Assembly (NCBI RefSeq): GCF_006345805.1
Contig: NW_021835398.1
Location: 1 to 40,574 of the forward strand
Direction: 5' to 3'
Source of the DNA: Octopus sinensis
Lineage: Eukaryota
Length of the DNA stretch: 40,574 bases
Shown here: one piece after another, positions 23,776 through 36,138 of the stretch
Layout: every line of letters starts with the position of its first letter
Position numbering within the stretch: the first letter of the stretch is position 1
The notes under the pieces: generated by a model
The model's input: the letters and a program-made list of their open reading frames with translations, nothing else
What the model was told of the DNA's origin: nothing
Databases searched by the model: none
Translations under genes and position numbers: made by a program

Positions 23776-24311
23776 GGCGCAGATGTGACTGTGTGTTACG
23801 AAGTTAGTTTCTTAACCACATGGTTCTGGGTTCTGTCCCACTGCGTGACACCTTATACAAGTGTCTTCTACTATGAAGGACGCTTTTCATTTTTTTCATT
23901 TCTTGTGCCAATTGATTTCATTTTAGGTGTAATGATGTAGTTTTGTATGCTATCTGAAAATTCCCAAAAAAACAAAAAGAATTATGATGGGTTATATGGC
24001 ATGCAGAAAGCAGAATTCCGCCAATATTTCATCTGTTTACTGTTGACATCACGTGACAGTCACGCACAAAATGACAGCTTCCAAATTCTGTTTTCTAACT
24101 GAGTAAAAAAATTATCAAACTTTAAACTTCTGTAACTTTTGCTTTAAAATTTTCTGGAGAAAGTGAATTATCTCCTGAGATTCAGCATAAAAAGTTACAT
24201 CAAGACACCAAATTTAAAATTTTTCCTAAACTTTGAAATTTCCAAAGAGAAAAGATCCGCCTCGAGCCGACCAAAGCATTGTGAGTGGATTTGGTAGACG
24301 GAAAGTGAGAG
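23776..24311 (+). mobile_element. SINE-A head split by a ~385-bp unrelated segment
   Basis: 23776-23874 ends ...gtgtcttctactat; the expected continuation gcctcgagccgaccaaagcattgtgagtggatttggtagacggaaa resumes at 24259. Confidence 0.7.
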
Positions 24312-24668
24312 TTTGGAATTTCCAGAAAATTTTTGTGAATTTGTATTCTACACGGGAGAATTCATAAGATTATGCAAAAAGAAAACAAAAAAAAGCAATG
24401 TGTGTGTGTGTGGGGGGTGAATTAAGACCTATTTAGCTGTTATTTTTTGTATACTTCACGACAAACTCAACGGTCAAAGAACGACTGAACGACACATGTT
24501 TTGTAGTTTTAGATATTCAATGCGCATTTAATGCGACAAACAGATAGCAAATTAAATATTTTTCAAAATAATAAACTTGGCACAGCAAATTTTAATATTC
24601 TCAATAAAGTCTGAAATTTCTACAGGTGAGCCAAACAGAAAAGATCCTATATATGACTTGGTATATAA

Positions 24669-25036
24669 GAGTGGCTGAGTGGTAAGTGGCTTGCTTACCA
24701 ACCACATGGTTCCGAGTTCAGTCCCACTACATGGCACCTTGGGCAAGTGTCTTCTACTATAGCCCCGGGCCGACCAAAGCCTTATCAGTGGATTTGGTAG
24801 ACAGAAACCGAAAAAAATGTGTATGTATGTGTGTATATGTTTGTGTATGTGTGTTTGTCCCGCCCCAACCGATGCTCGTATGTTTACGTCCCCGTAACAT
24901 AGCGTTTCGGCAACAGTGACCGATAGAAGAAGTACTAGGCTTACAATGAATAAGTCCTGGGTCGATTTGCTCGACTAAAGGCGGTGCTTCAGCATGGTCG
25001 CAGTCAAATGACTTGAAACAAGTAGAAGAATAAAAG
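24669..25036 (+). mobile_element. SINE-A, near full length
   Basis: gagtggctgagtggtaag...gagttcagtccc...aaaggcggtgcttcagcatggtcgcagtcaaatgacttgaaacaagtagaagaataaaag. Confidence 0.9.
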
Positions 25037-25054
25037 TATATATGTATGTATATG

Positions 25055-25118
<64 letters not shown>

Positions 25119-25157
25119 TATAATATATACAGAGAGAGAGAGAGAGAGAGAGAGAGT

Positions 25158-25195
<38 letters not shown>

Positions 25196-25223
25196 AAGAG
25201 ATAGAGAGAGAAAAAATTCCACA

Positions 25224-25433
25224 CGAGGGGGTACTGAAAACTTCTTGTCTTTCGGTAAAAGAAAATACTGGAGTGGTTAATTATAATTTTATTCAACATA
25301 TTCCGCTCTCAGATTCACACATTCAGCGCACCTTCAGTTTTTCTAAACTCTGTAAAAGAACGGGGAATGTCGGGCCTCGAACCAGGACCTCTCGCGACAT
25401 TCTTTAAGCCAGCAACTTGCCAGCATCTCCTCG
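25224..25433. mobile_element. Tc1/mariner-type MITE
   Basis: Imperfect ~28-bp TIRs cgagggggtactgaaaacttcttgtctt and aagccagcaacttgccagcatctcctcg; TA on the right, CA on the left (mutated TA TSD, inferred). Confidence 0.7.
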
Positions 25434-25942
25434 TATTGTGCATGTGGTCACATCTAATACCTAAGTCTAAGAAAATCAACAAACACCGACTTTAAAGCCT
25501 TCTTATCCGATGCAGTATAACTTCTCCCGACGCACTTATTTTTCAGCTACTGACATTATCAAGGATCTTTCGATCATCCATCTGAGACTGAAATATATTT
25601 TCTTATTTTCTTACAACACGGAAAAGAGAAAAATTGAGAGAGAAATGGAAGGGAAAGGTATACGAGTCATTTGGTATTCCGGCACGATGCCAAACATTTT
25701 CTGGGTTATTTTATATGGACAATTGAATCGTTTCCAGTAGAAGCGTTGTACTTACTGCAACGCAGCCGGGCGGAGACGTAAAAAAAATTCATCATCCGTT
25801 TATTTGTAACTTCTTTCTTATTTCCGTTCCATATCGGCTTATCTTTCGATGGTTTTTTTCTAGTAGAATATCAGATGTTTTTCGTGGACATGGTAGCCGG
25901 AAGCTTAAAATAGTGTGTCCCTCATGTATATACATACACTCA

Positions 25943-25983
<41 letters not shown>

Positions 25984-26215
25984 CACACACACACACACAC
26001 AAACACACATATGTATGTATACATATATGTGTGTCTGTGTGTGTGTGCGTGTGTATGTATGTATATATATATGTATATATATAATCAGCCGAAATTACTA
26101 CGATGATCCGGTTCTTGACTGAAGACTGAGGGCTTCGAATGTCCTGTCTGTATTTGTTGTATCGTCTTTTAAGTTTTATGCGTTCTTTCTCGGTTTGTAT
26201 TTCTACATATCATAA

Positions 26216-26246
<31 letters not shown>

Positions 26247-26332
26247 TTATATAATATATATATGTAACAATATATTATATATCATATATTATATATGTAT
26301 ATATATTATATTTATATAGATATATTATATTA

Positions 26333-26714
26333 TATAAACGGCAGGTTGTCGGCGTGTTTCTGTGATGTTCTGTTTGCAACTTGTACCCTCACTCTGACCA
26401 CGGCTTTCAAACGATTCTGATGAAACTTGACACACACATAGCCCCAATGTCATAAATTCAAAAACTAACTCAACGAAAATTTTTTGTAAAGTTCCCCAGT
26501 TCTGAAAAATCGATAAATTCGACATGGGTCGAGAATAAAAAAAAACAAACCACAGGATGGTCTAGGGGAAGCAACTCACCCTTTTTTTACTCTCCAAAAA
26601 AAATTTAGTATCATTTTTTTTCCATTTTTTTGCAGTTTTTGTCTATGACTCTCTAAAAATGCTTTATAGTTATTTCCTTACAAAGGTGAGCAACGCAGGC
26701 AGATACTGCTGAGT
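26333..26714 (+). mobile_element. Non-autonomous Helitron-like remnant
   Basis: 3' end ggtgagcaacgcaggcagatactgctgagt resembles a decayed Helitron subterminal hairpin plus CTAG; sits between (TA)n tracts. Classification is from recollection. Confidence 0.45.
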
Positions 26715-26804
26715 AATATAATATATATATATATATATAGATATATATATATATATATATAATATATATATACATACATATTATATGTAATTATATGTGA
26801 TTCC

Positions 26805-27250
26805 TTTGTATTTTTTCAGAATTTTGAGTGCAGCCATGCTGGAGCGCACTTTTAGTAGAACTAATCGGACTGCAGGCTTATTTCTTTGTAAGCCTGCACT
26901 GATTCTATCTGGTTATTTTCCGAAACGCTAATTATTGGGAGTAAACACACCAACATCGGTTGCCACGCGATGGTGGAGGGACAAACACACACACACACGC
27001 ACACCAAACATTTACACACAATTACAATATATATATACAACTATACATAATAGATATATATATATATACATATATAAATATAACGCCCCATCACAATACC
27101 TGCTACATACCTACATTTTTTACACACACAAAAATTTTACATATATATATTATATGCTACGGGCTTCTTTCAAATTTTGTTTACCAAATCCCTCGCAAAG
27201 ATTTGGTCAGCCGAGGCAATGTAGAAGACGTTATCAAGTGCCACTGCAGT
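26805..27250 (-). mobile_element. SINE-A, degenerate
   Basis: gcagccatgctggagcgc tail; gtaaacacaccaacatcggttg; acgggcttctttcaa; gtagaagac. Confidence 0.65.
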
Positions 27251-27347
27251 AGCACGGATATATATGTGATGGAAGCAAGTTGTATACCATATAAGCCACG
27301 TCTTCAAGTTATAACCACGCCGGACCATGACATTACTATCAATAATT

Positions 27348-27835
27348 TTTTGTAAAGCTGTACTTTTTCTATCGGAACCTTTGTCGAACCGCTAGTACGG
27401 GACGTAAACACGCACGCGGTTGTTGCAGCGGTGGACTAGGACAAGCACATACATACACCTGTACATACATACATTTCATACATAATACATACATACATGC
27501 ATACATACATACAGCTTGCATACATACATTACACATAAATACATACTAACATATAGAAATGCATATATTACATACATACAACATATATACATAACTACAT
27601 ACATACAGAACATACATACATACATACATATACATACATACATACATAACATGCATTACATAAGTTACACATAGAAAATGCATACATACATATAGAAAGG
27701 GCATACTACATACATACATACATTACATACATTACATAATACATGAACAACATACATAATACATACATACATACATACATGCTTGCTACATACATACACA
27801 TAGAACTACATACATACATATAGAAGAAAGCAGCC

Positions 27836-27866
<31 letters not shown>

Positions 27867-27964
27867 CATACATACATACATACATACATACATGCATACA
27901 TACATACATGCTTGCATACATACATACACATAGAAATGCATACATACATATAGAAATGCATACA

Positions 27965-27998
<34 letters not shown>

Positions 27999-28272
27999 CA
28001 TACATACATACATACATACATGCATACATACATACATGCATGCATACATACATACACATAGAAATGCATACATACATATAGAAATGCATACATACATACA
28101 TACATACATACATACATACATACATACATACATACATACATACGACGGGCTTCTTTCAATTTCAGTCTACCAAATTCACTGAAGGCTTTGATCAAGGTGT
28201 CACGCAGTGGGACTGATCCAGAAACCATGTAGTTTGGAAGCAAGCTTCGTACCACACAGGCACGCTTGCACC
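27348..28272 (-). mobile_element. SINE-A with ~700-bp expanded internal (CATA)n tract
   Basis: SINE body ends at ggacaagcac (~27450); head resumes at tacgacgggcttctttcaatttc (28141). Confidence 0.75.
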
Positions 28273-28961
28273 AAACTCTAAACCGTAACAACTATTCCTA
28301 TTTTATTATGACAGCGAATGCTGCGTAATTGTCAAACATTGGCAGCCATGAAAACTTAATTATTGTTTATAACATATTAATAGTTTCCAGACATTTAATC
28401 TCGCTACAAATTTATTATATTAATTATAATCATCATCATCATCATTATCATCATCAAGAACATCATCGTCATTGTCTTCGTCGTCGTTGTTATCATCATC
28501 ATTTAGCGACTAGAGCCTGCACTTTCTGTCGGGCACGAACACGGACGTGTCTCCTATCATGTTAATTATGGAATTCTCGAGTCGTTATTCCATTCATTAT
28601 GTCCTTGAAAGCTAATAATACCCAGAGTGGTTTTCTTTTCACTGAAAGACTGTAATGCGTCGCAGTTTACACACGCTCATTCGTCTTTGAAAGTGCAACC
28701 AGGAGCGAGAGTTTGTACGCAATTTTCATCTGTTGTCTCTTGCGTGTAGAAGAAGCCATGGAGATCTCCAATATCCGTCAATTAAATCCACTGCTATTCT
28801 ACTCTTTTCTTTATATTTCCTTTACGTGTTTCACTCATTATGCTACACTCTTCATGGAGTACACTTGAACGAATCGACCCCAATTTTTATTTATTTTTCT
28901 ATTTATTTTTGAAATGCCTGGTTCTTAATTCATGGTCACTCTTGCTGAACCGATAGGTTAA

Positions 28962-29362
28962 GGCGGCGAGCTGGCAGAAACTTTAGCACGCCGGGCAAAA
29001 TACTTAGCAGTATTTCGTCAACCGCTACGCTCTGAGTTCAAATTCCACCGAAGTCAACTTTACCTTTCATCCTTTCAGGGTCGATTAAATAAGTACCAGT
29101 TACGCACTGGGGTCGATATAATCGACTTAATCCGTCTGTCTGTCCTTGTTTGTCCCACTGTGTTTAGCCCCTTGTGGGTAGTAAAGAGATAGGTATTTCG
29201 TCCATCTTTATGTTCTCAGTTCAAGTTCCGACCGAAGTCGACTTTGCATTTCATCTTCTCGGGGTCGAGAAATTAAGTACCAGTTGCGTACCAAGTCGAT
29301 CTAATCGACTGCCCCCCTCCCCATTCCCCAAGAATTTCGGGCCTTTTGCATGGAGTAGAAAA
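28962..29362 (+). mobile_element. SINE-B dimer with intact head
   Basis: ggcggcgagctggcagaaactttagc (A box region), ctgagttcaaattcc (B box); two central units; terminal gccttttgcatggagtagaaaa. Confidence 0.88.
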
Positions 29363-29420
29363 AATATACACAGAAACACCGACAAACATGCACAGAGAGT
29401 GAAATGTATACATACACACA

Positions 29421-29690
29421 TCATCATCTTCTTCTTCATCATCGTTTAACGTCCGATTTCTATGCTAGCATGAGTTGGACGGTTCGACCGGGGTCTGGGA
29501 AGCCAGGAGGCTACACCAGGCTCCAGTCTGATCTGGCATCTGGCAGTGTTTCTACAGCTGGATGCCCTTCCTAACGCCCACCGCTCCGTGAGTGTAGTAC
29601 ATGCTTTTTTACGTGCCACCGGCACAGGTGCCAGGGGAGGCTGGTAACAGCCACGATCGGTTGGTGCATTTTACGTCCCAACGGCACGTA
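29421..29690 (-). mobile_element. RTE-X-like retroelement 3' end or derived SINE
   Basis: Minus strand ends ...ccaactcatgctagcatagaaatcggacgttaaacgatgatg with a (GAT)n tail and contains gggcgttaggaagggcatccagctgtagaaa; family assignment is from recollection. Confidence 0.55.
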
Positions 29691-29712
29691 AAAAGATATA
29701 CAGAAACAAATG

Positions 29713-29749
<37 letters not shown>

Positions 29750-30049
29750 CACACACACACACACGCATGCCGTCATAAGACGTATCATAAAGCTGCTTAT
29801 TCCTGAGATTCACCTGCTGCTGTGTGAGAGATTTTTTAGTTCAGCTGCTTCTAAAATGCATCTTCAATACACTGCTGACTCATTGATCTTCTCGTGTTGT
29901 TGTTATCCACGTCTCAGACAATGTTTCTGCGTTTCTTGTCTTGTTTGCGTTGATTGCGTGTCTCTCAGTGCACGGCTGTTTGTTAGGATAAATCGCTCTG
30001 TATGTAAGATGTTTTTCCTTCAGTCAAGTATTATTGAGACACACGGACA

Positions 30050-30073
30050 GACATGCAGACACACGCACACATA

Positions 30074-30111
<38 letters not shown>

Positions 30112-30938
30112 TGTGTACACAAACACAAACACAAACACCACACACTCATGCAGACACATACACGAATAGAATTATACATACACGCACTCACGCAAGTACA
30201 CACATACTCAAAACACACACATGCCCTCGCACAAATATATACACACACAAATACACACACACACAGTCACACGCACGCACACACACACACATACATAGAA
30301 TATCTCTCTTATACACGTACACGTTCACTCATACACATAAACACACATACAAATGTGTACATGCACACAAACATATATACACAAGCACACACACACACAC
30401 AGAAGCAGACACACACTCACACATACACAAATAGAATCATACATACACGCACTCAGGCAAGTATACACATACTCACTCAAACACACACACACAAATATAC
30501 ACGCACACAAAATCATACGCGCGCGCACACACACACATAGTATCTCTCTCTCTCTCACACACGTACACGTTCACTTACATACATACACACACTCGCATAC
30601 ACTCACACACACGTGCATATGCACCTACGCATTCATATAGATACACGCGTACGCACAAGCGCGCAAGCACACACAAGCGCGCACACACACATATGCACAC
30701 ACATTCAAACATAACGCACACACTCTGAGGAACACACATTTACACCCTCATGCAAACACACACGCATACACAGGTACACTTACACAGTTGCACACACGCG
30801 CACACACACGTATACATTCACACTCGTACGCATACAGCAACACTTCTATATACATATACGCACACACTCAAACATATAACACACAGACTCTAACAAACAC
30901 ATACATACGTACAAACACATGCACACATACATAAACAC

Positions 30939-30985
<47 letters not shown>
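30050..30985. repeat. ~930-bp degenerate CA-rich tract with an internal ~250-265-bp duplication
   Basis: aatagaa(t/c)atacatacacgcactca.gcaagta occurs at 30165 and 30430; acgtacacgttcact at 30315 and 30561. Confidence 0.85.
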
Positions 30986-31055
30986 AAAGCATATTTCATA
31001 AGCAACTCCCTTTACATCATAAAATCGAAATAAACAAATAGAGAAAAAATATACA

Positions 31056-31715
31056 CGATAAATTAAGTACCAGTTACAAACTGGGTCGATATAATCGACT
31101 TAATCTGTCCTTGTTTGTCCTCTCTGTGTTTAGCCCCATGTGGGCAGTAAAGAAATAGGTATTTCGTCTGCCGCTACGTTCTGAGTTCAAATTCCGCCGA
31201 CGTCGACTTTACCTTTCATCCTTTAGGGGTCGATTAAATAAGTACCAGTTACGCACTGAGGTCGATATAATCGACTTAATCAATTTGCCTATCCTTGTTT
31301 GTTCTCTGTGTTTAGCCTCTTGTGGGTAGTAAAGGAATGAGTATTTCGTCTGCAGCTACGTTCTGAGTTCAAATTCCACCGAGGTCGACTTTGCCTTTCA
31401 TCCTTTCGGGGTCGATTAAATAAGTACCAGTTACGCACTGGTGTCGATATAATCGACTTAATCCGTTTTTCTGCCCTCTTTTCTCCCCTATGTGTGTAGC
31501 CCCTAGTAAAGAAATAAGAACCGTTAGCAAACCGGGCGAAATGCTTAGCGGTATTTCGTCTGCCGTTACGTTGTGAGTTCAAACTCCGCCGAGGTCGACT
31601 TTGCCCTTCTTCCTTTGGGGGTCGATAAATTAAGTACCAGTTGCATACTGGGTCGGTCTAATCGATTGGCCCCACCCACAAAAATGTCCAGCCTTGTGCC
31701 AAGAGTAGAAAAGAA
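31056..31715 (+). mobile_element. SINE-B tetramer-like array
   Basis: aagtaccagtt recurs at 31065, 31240, 31422 and 31632. Confidence 0.9.
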
Positions 31716-31865
31716 AGGACATTGTTGTTCCTATTACTGTTGTTGCTATTTACATTTCTATTTTTCTTTTTTTCTTTTTGTTTTTTGTTTCACATCGATT
31801 AATACAATATGAATTTTAATTAAAATTATCAATACCAATATTACATTAATTTTATGCTGCATTCC

Positions 31866-31919
31866 AAATCATCATCATCCTCATCAGCACCATCATCATC
31901 ATCATCGTCGTCGTTGTCG

Positions 31920-31956
<37 letters not shown>

Positions 31957-32180
31957 TATATGCTTCAAATTCTCCAAGCTGCACCCAGTTCACAACTAGA
32001 ACTTTTTCTTCTTCTTCTTCTCTTCTTCTTCTTCTTCTTCTTCTTCTTCTTCTTCTTCTTCTCCTCCTTCTTCTTCTTCTTCTTATTCTTCTTCTTTTTC
32101 TTCTTCTTCTTGCTTCTTCTTCTTTCTTCTTCTTCTTCTTCTGTTCTTCTTCTTCTCCTCCTCCTCCTCCTCCTCCTCCT
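31866..32180. repeat. (ATC)n, (CTT)n and (CCT)n trinucleotide tracts
   Basis: Directly visible; gives the poly-Ser/Leu/Phe and poly-Arg/Asp ORFs. Confidence 0.9.
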
Positions 32181-32472
32181 TCTGCAGGGTTTGGGATCTG
32201 TGTTACTTTTATTTTTGGCATTTTTCTAGTTTCTATTGTGTGTGTGTGTGTGTATAGTCTTTTTCCTCTTTCTTCCTTGTTTTTTTGTGTTGTTGTTGTT
32301 GTCTTTTTTTGTTGTTGTTTTGTTTTATTTTCTTTATAAATCTTTTTTTTTTTTCTCGTGTTTGCTTCGTTTAATCTATTGAAGCAGCGGCAAGGTTATG
32401 CCTTTGATCGTTTGTTTTCTAAATTCGCTGAGTTGTACGATTTTCGAACTCGTACTTACGTGCGGACATGTG

Positions 32473-32511
<39 letters not shown>

Positions 32512-32716
32512 ACACACACACACAACACACACACACAAACACACACACACACACACGCTCATCTGCGTGTCCGTATACACTTTCTTTGTTCAACACGCTT
32601 TTCATTTACCTTTCCACCTTAGATATACACGAACATCAGTGTCTGTCGCTACGGCTATGAGTACGTATGAATGTATGCATGTGCTTGTTTGTATAAGTAT
32701 AACAGAAAGAGAGAGA

Positions 32717-32754
<38 letters not shown>

Positions 32755-33132
32755 AGAGAAAGAAGTGGGGGAGAAAGTGCATGTGTGTGTGAGTGTGCAG
32801 TCTTTAACTGAAATTAATTTTCTTTTTAATTTAGTCCTGCACTTTTCGTCATCGAATCGATATGAAGACAAACTCTTTTATCTTTACCAATATGGTGAAG
32901 CATTTCAACCTCGAAGCAGTTTTACAATAAATTGTTAGGTATGTGTGCGTGTGTATGTATGTATGTATATATGTATGTAAGTATGTATGTGTGTATGTAT
33001 GTACGTATGTTTGATAGTATGTATGCTGGTATGTATGTTTGTGTTGTACGTATATATATATATCGGTGTGTGTGGTATACATGTGTGTATGTATGTATAT
33101 ATTAAATAAATAATATATAATATAAATATATT

Positions 33133-33184
<52 letters not shown>

Positions 33185-33199
33185 CTGTATGCATGATTG

Positions 33200-33810
33200 T
33201 ATGTATCTTTTATTCTTTTGTCTTTTTATTCATGCGGCTGCGGTATGCTAGAGCACCATCGTGGTCTCTCTGATTTTCTCAGTTTGGGACGATTCACATC
33301 ACCGCTCCTGTATGTGCCTTTGTTCCATTTGTTGGCCCATTTGGTGTATAAGGGAATTTCATTCCAATGCCTTCGTCCGCACCTCATGTCGGGCTATTGG
33401 TTCATCCGGTGTTGTCGAGAGGAGGATGTCTAGTTCCTCTTTGAAGTCATCTATTTCCATCTTATGCAGATTTCTTAATTTTTATGGCAGGGCATTGAAG
33501 AGCTGTGAGCCTTTGAACCCTAGACTATTGCACTATCTGGTCCTGAATTTAGATAAATAGATTGTAACTTTGGTACTATACAATGACGGCCAGTTCTGGC
33601 ATTTGTATAACACACAAAGCCGAAATTATGTACAAGAACTTTTAGAGTCTTGCACATCTATATTATTGCATATCTCTCATACCTTCGCTCCTGGGAGTAA
33701 AGTTGTAGTTTTCTGGGATTATCCCTGTAGCTCATCCGCTACAATGTTTCAATATTTTCAGTGTAGGGGCGTTGGATTGCCTCAAGCTTCGCTGTTAGCT
33801 TGTATGTATG
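33200..33810 (-). mobile_element. Degenerate 3' end of CR1-group LINE (ORF2 C-terminus and 3' UTR)
   Basis: Manual translation across stops and frameshifts gives KLEAIQRPYT..KLQLYSQERRYERYAII..YTNARTGRHCIVPK..CNSLGFKGSQLFNALP..FKEELDILL..PDEP; ends with ggtgctctagcataccgcagcc...aaaagaataaaaga. Confidence 0.85.
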
Positions 33811-34032
33811 TATATGTTGCAGGTTTTAGATCTTCTACCTGTACTTTTTTTTATCCTTTTCGACGGAGCTCATACAGAAGCACTGCAGAAATAGACCCCA
33901 GAGGCGTTGGTATCCAGAAGACCCAAGGTGTCAGGTAACGCTATGGAAGTGCTATGGAAGGACCATAGTTAAACTCTCAGTTCGATAATAATACGAGTGA
34001 GGAGTCTAATGGGATCTCTATGAACATAATAT

Positions 34033-34446
34033 GTTAAATAAAATGAGACAACAAAGCCAAGGCTGTGTGGAATTTTCAGAACATTTATAAAGAGAAAGTT
34101 GGTCTTAGAGCCGTTTCAGGGATATTAGGAATATCTCTTCACCAAAGACTACGTGAGATGGTTAAATAGCGGGAAATAGTTGAGTTCAGTATAAGGAGTT
34201 GTTCTAGAAAGCGATGGAAATACTTTTATTTACATCCATTCTCTTATTTCCCTTTATTCTTCTTATTTCCACCCTTTCCCAAAATAACTGCTTATATTCA
34301 ACTCTACTATATCCCTCTATTTAACCATCCTACATCGTCTCCGATGAAGGGATATCCCTAATATTTCAAAAACAGCTGTAAGACTTTCGCTTCATAAATG
34401 TGCTCCAAATTCCACACAGCCTTGGTGTTGCCTCATTTTATTTAAC
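34033..34446. mobile_element. Fold-back (inverted dimer) of Penelope-like family 1 ends, each arm with a decayed hammerhead-like motif
   Basis: 34033-34222 is an imperfect reverse complement of 34264-34446, with a ~40-bp spacer. Confidence 0.8.
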
Positions 34447-34469
34447 CTTTTTCTACTTTCTCTCCTTGT

Positions 34470-34548
34470 TTATTTCTGTGTTCCTTTTTGTCGAAGAGCG
34501 TAGGCTCGAAACGTAAAAGACTTTCTCACTTCCGAGCGTTTAAAACTG
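34470..34548 (+). mobile_element. Penelope-like terminal fragment (family 2) with hammerhead-like motif
   Basis: cttt-TTGTCGA-a-gagc-gtag-gctc-GAAA-cgt-a-aaag at 34484-34519. Confidence 0.6.
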
Positions 34549-34609
34549 ACACACGCACACACACAAACACACACACCCACACACACACACACACCACACC
34601 AACACATCT

Positions 34610-34644
<35 letters not shown>

Positions 34645-34894
34645 ATATTATATATATGAAGTTTGGTACTTATTTCAAACACATCAACACGGTTGTCGAG
34701 CCGTGGTGGGGAACAACACCACAAACGGATTATATGTGTACGTCTGCCTGCCACCATGGCTTGACAAATGGTGTCGATGTGTTTTACGTCCCTAATATTT
34801 AACGATTTAGCAAAAGAGGACGATTGAAATAAGTACCTGATTTTAAAGATGTATATTCGCACCGAAAGCATATGTATTATATATATATACATAT

Positions 34895-34906
34895 GTATAT
34901 ATTATG

Positions 34907-34979
<73 letters not shown>

Positions 34980-35010
34980 ATATATATAATATATATATAT
35001 ATATAATAAT
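34895..35010. repeat. (TA)n microsatellite
   Basis: Directly visible. Confidence 0.95.
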
Positions 35011-35571
35011 TTACAGGGAAAATCAGATTTAGGATTAAATCCAATTTATGTAAAAATATTATAAAATATTATTAGAGACAAAAACCATATTTGCAAAACA
35101 AACAAGGAAAGACTTAATCAATACATAAAATTTTAATAAATAGTAAATATATATATATATATATATTACCAAGATTTATTCGTTGGGCTAAAATTAAAAC
35201 GGGCTTCTTTTCAGTTTCCATCTACCAAATCCATTCACCAAGCTTTGGACGGACTAAGGTGCCACGGAGTAGAACTGACACACATGCATATATGCTTAGA
35301 TATAAATACTGAGATATTTGTCCGGACATACTAATTTTTATGGCCGTACTATAGTAGCTGTTTTTTTAAACACATTACGTCTTATAAGATATTATCTCCG
35401 AATTAATATCGTACTAAATTTGCCTTTTCGCGATGTATTTGCATTTAGTATGATATGAAGATGACTGTTTTAAACTAATACTGCATGCGCAGCATGTAAC
35501 GGACATTACACACACACACATATATATATGTATATATATATATCTATATAGTTGCATGCACATATACCTGC

Positions 35572-35607
<36 letters not shown>

Positions 35608-35621
35608 ATATATACATTGTT

Positions 35622-36007
35622 TCCCAACCACATGCTTCCGAGTTAGGTCTCACTGCGTGGCACCTTGGGTAGGTGTCTTCTACTATAGCCTCGGGCTGAC
35701 AAAAGCCTTGTGAGTGTATTTGGTAGATAGAAATTAAAGGAAACCCTTCGTGTATATGTGTGTGTGTGTGTGTGTGTGAGTGTGTGTGTGTGTGTGCATT
35801 TGTGTATTTGTGTTCGCCCCCCACCCCATCACTTGACAACTGATGTTGCTGCGTTTATGTTCCTGTAACTTAGCAGTTAGGCAAAAAAGACCGATAGAAT
35901 CAGTACTAGGCTTACGAAGAATAATTCCGGAGGTCGATTTGTTCGACTAAAGGCGGTGCCTCAGCATGGGCGCAGTCAAATGACTGAAACAAATAGAGAA
36001 TAAGAAT
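35622..36007 (+). mobile_element. SINE-A lacking its first ~35 nt
   Basis: ccaaccacatgcttccgagttagg...gcaccttgggtaggtgtcttctactatagcctcggg...aaaggcggtgcctcagcatgggcgcagtcaaatgactgaaac. Confidence 0.88.
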
Positions 36008-36043
36008 ATATATATGTATATATATAAATATATGTATACATAC

Positions 36044-36080
<37 letters not shown>

Positions 36081-36098
36081 ATATATATATATATATAT

Positions 36099-36138
<40 letters not shown>

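Noticed and set aside
28500-28800. Unique island with short frames (e.g. DIGDLHGFFYTQETTDENCVQTLAPGCTFKDE on minus)
   Set aside because: No consistent splice pair or recognisable domain; cannot be distinguished from chance.
31056-31715. Regularly spaced repeats resembling a CRISPR array
   Set aside because: The whole ~180-bp unit repeats with no unique spacers, there are no cas genes, and the context is eukaryotic.
32833-32938. Plus-strand exon-shaped unit ending TAG|GTATGT
   Set aside because: All frames close, and the donor is supplied by the adjoining (GTAT)n microsatellite.
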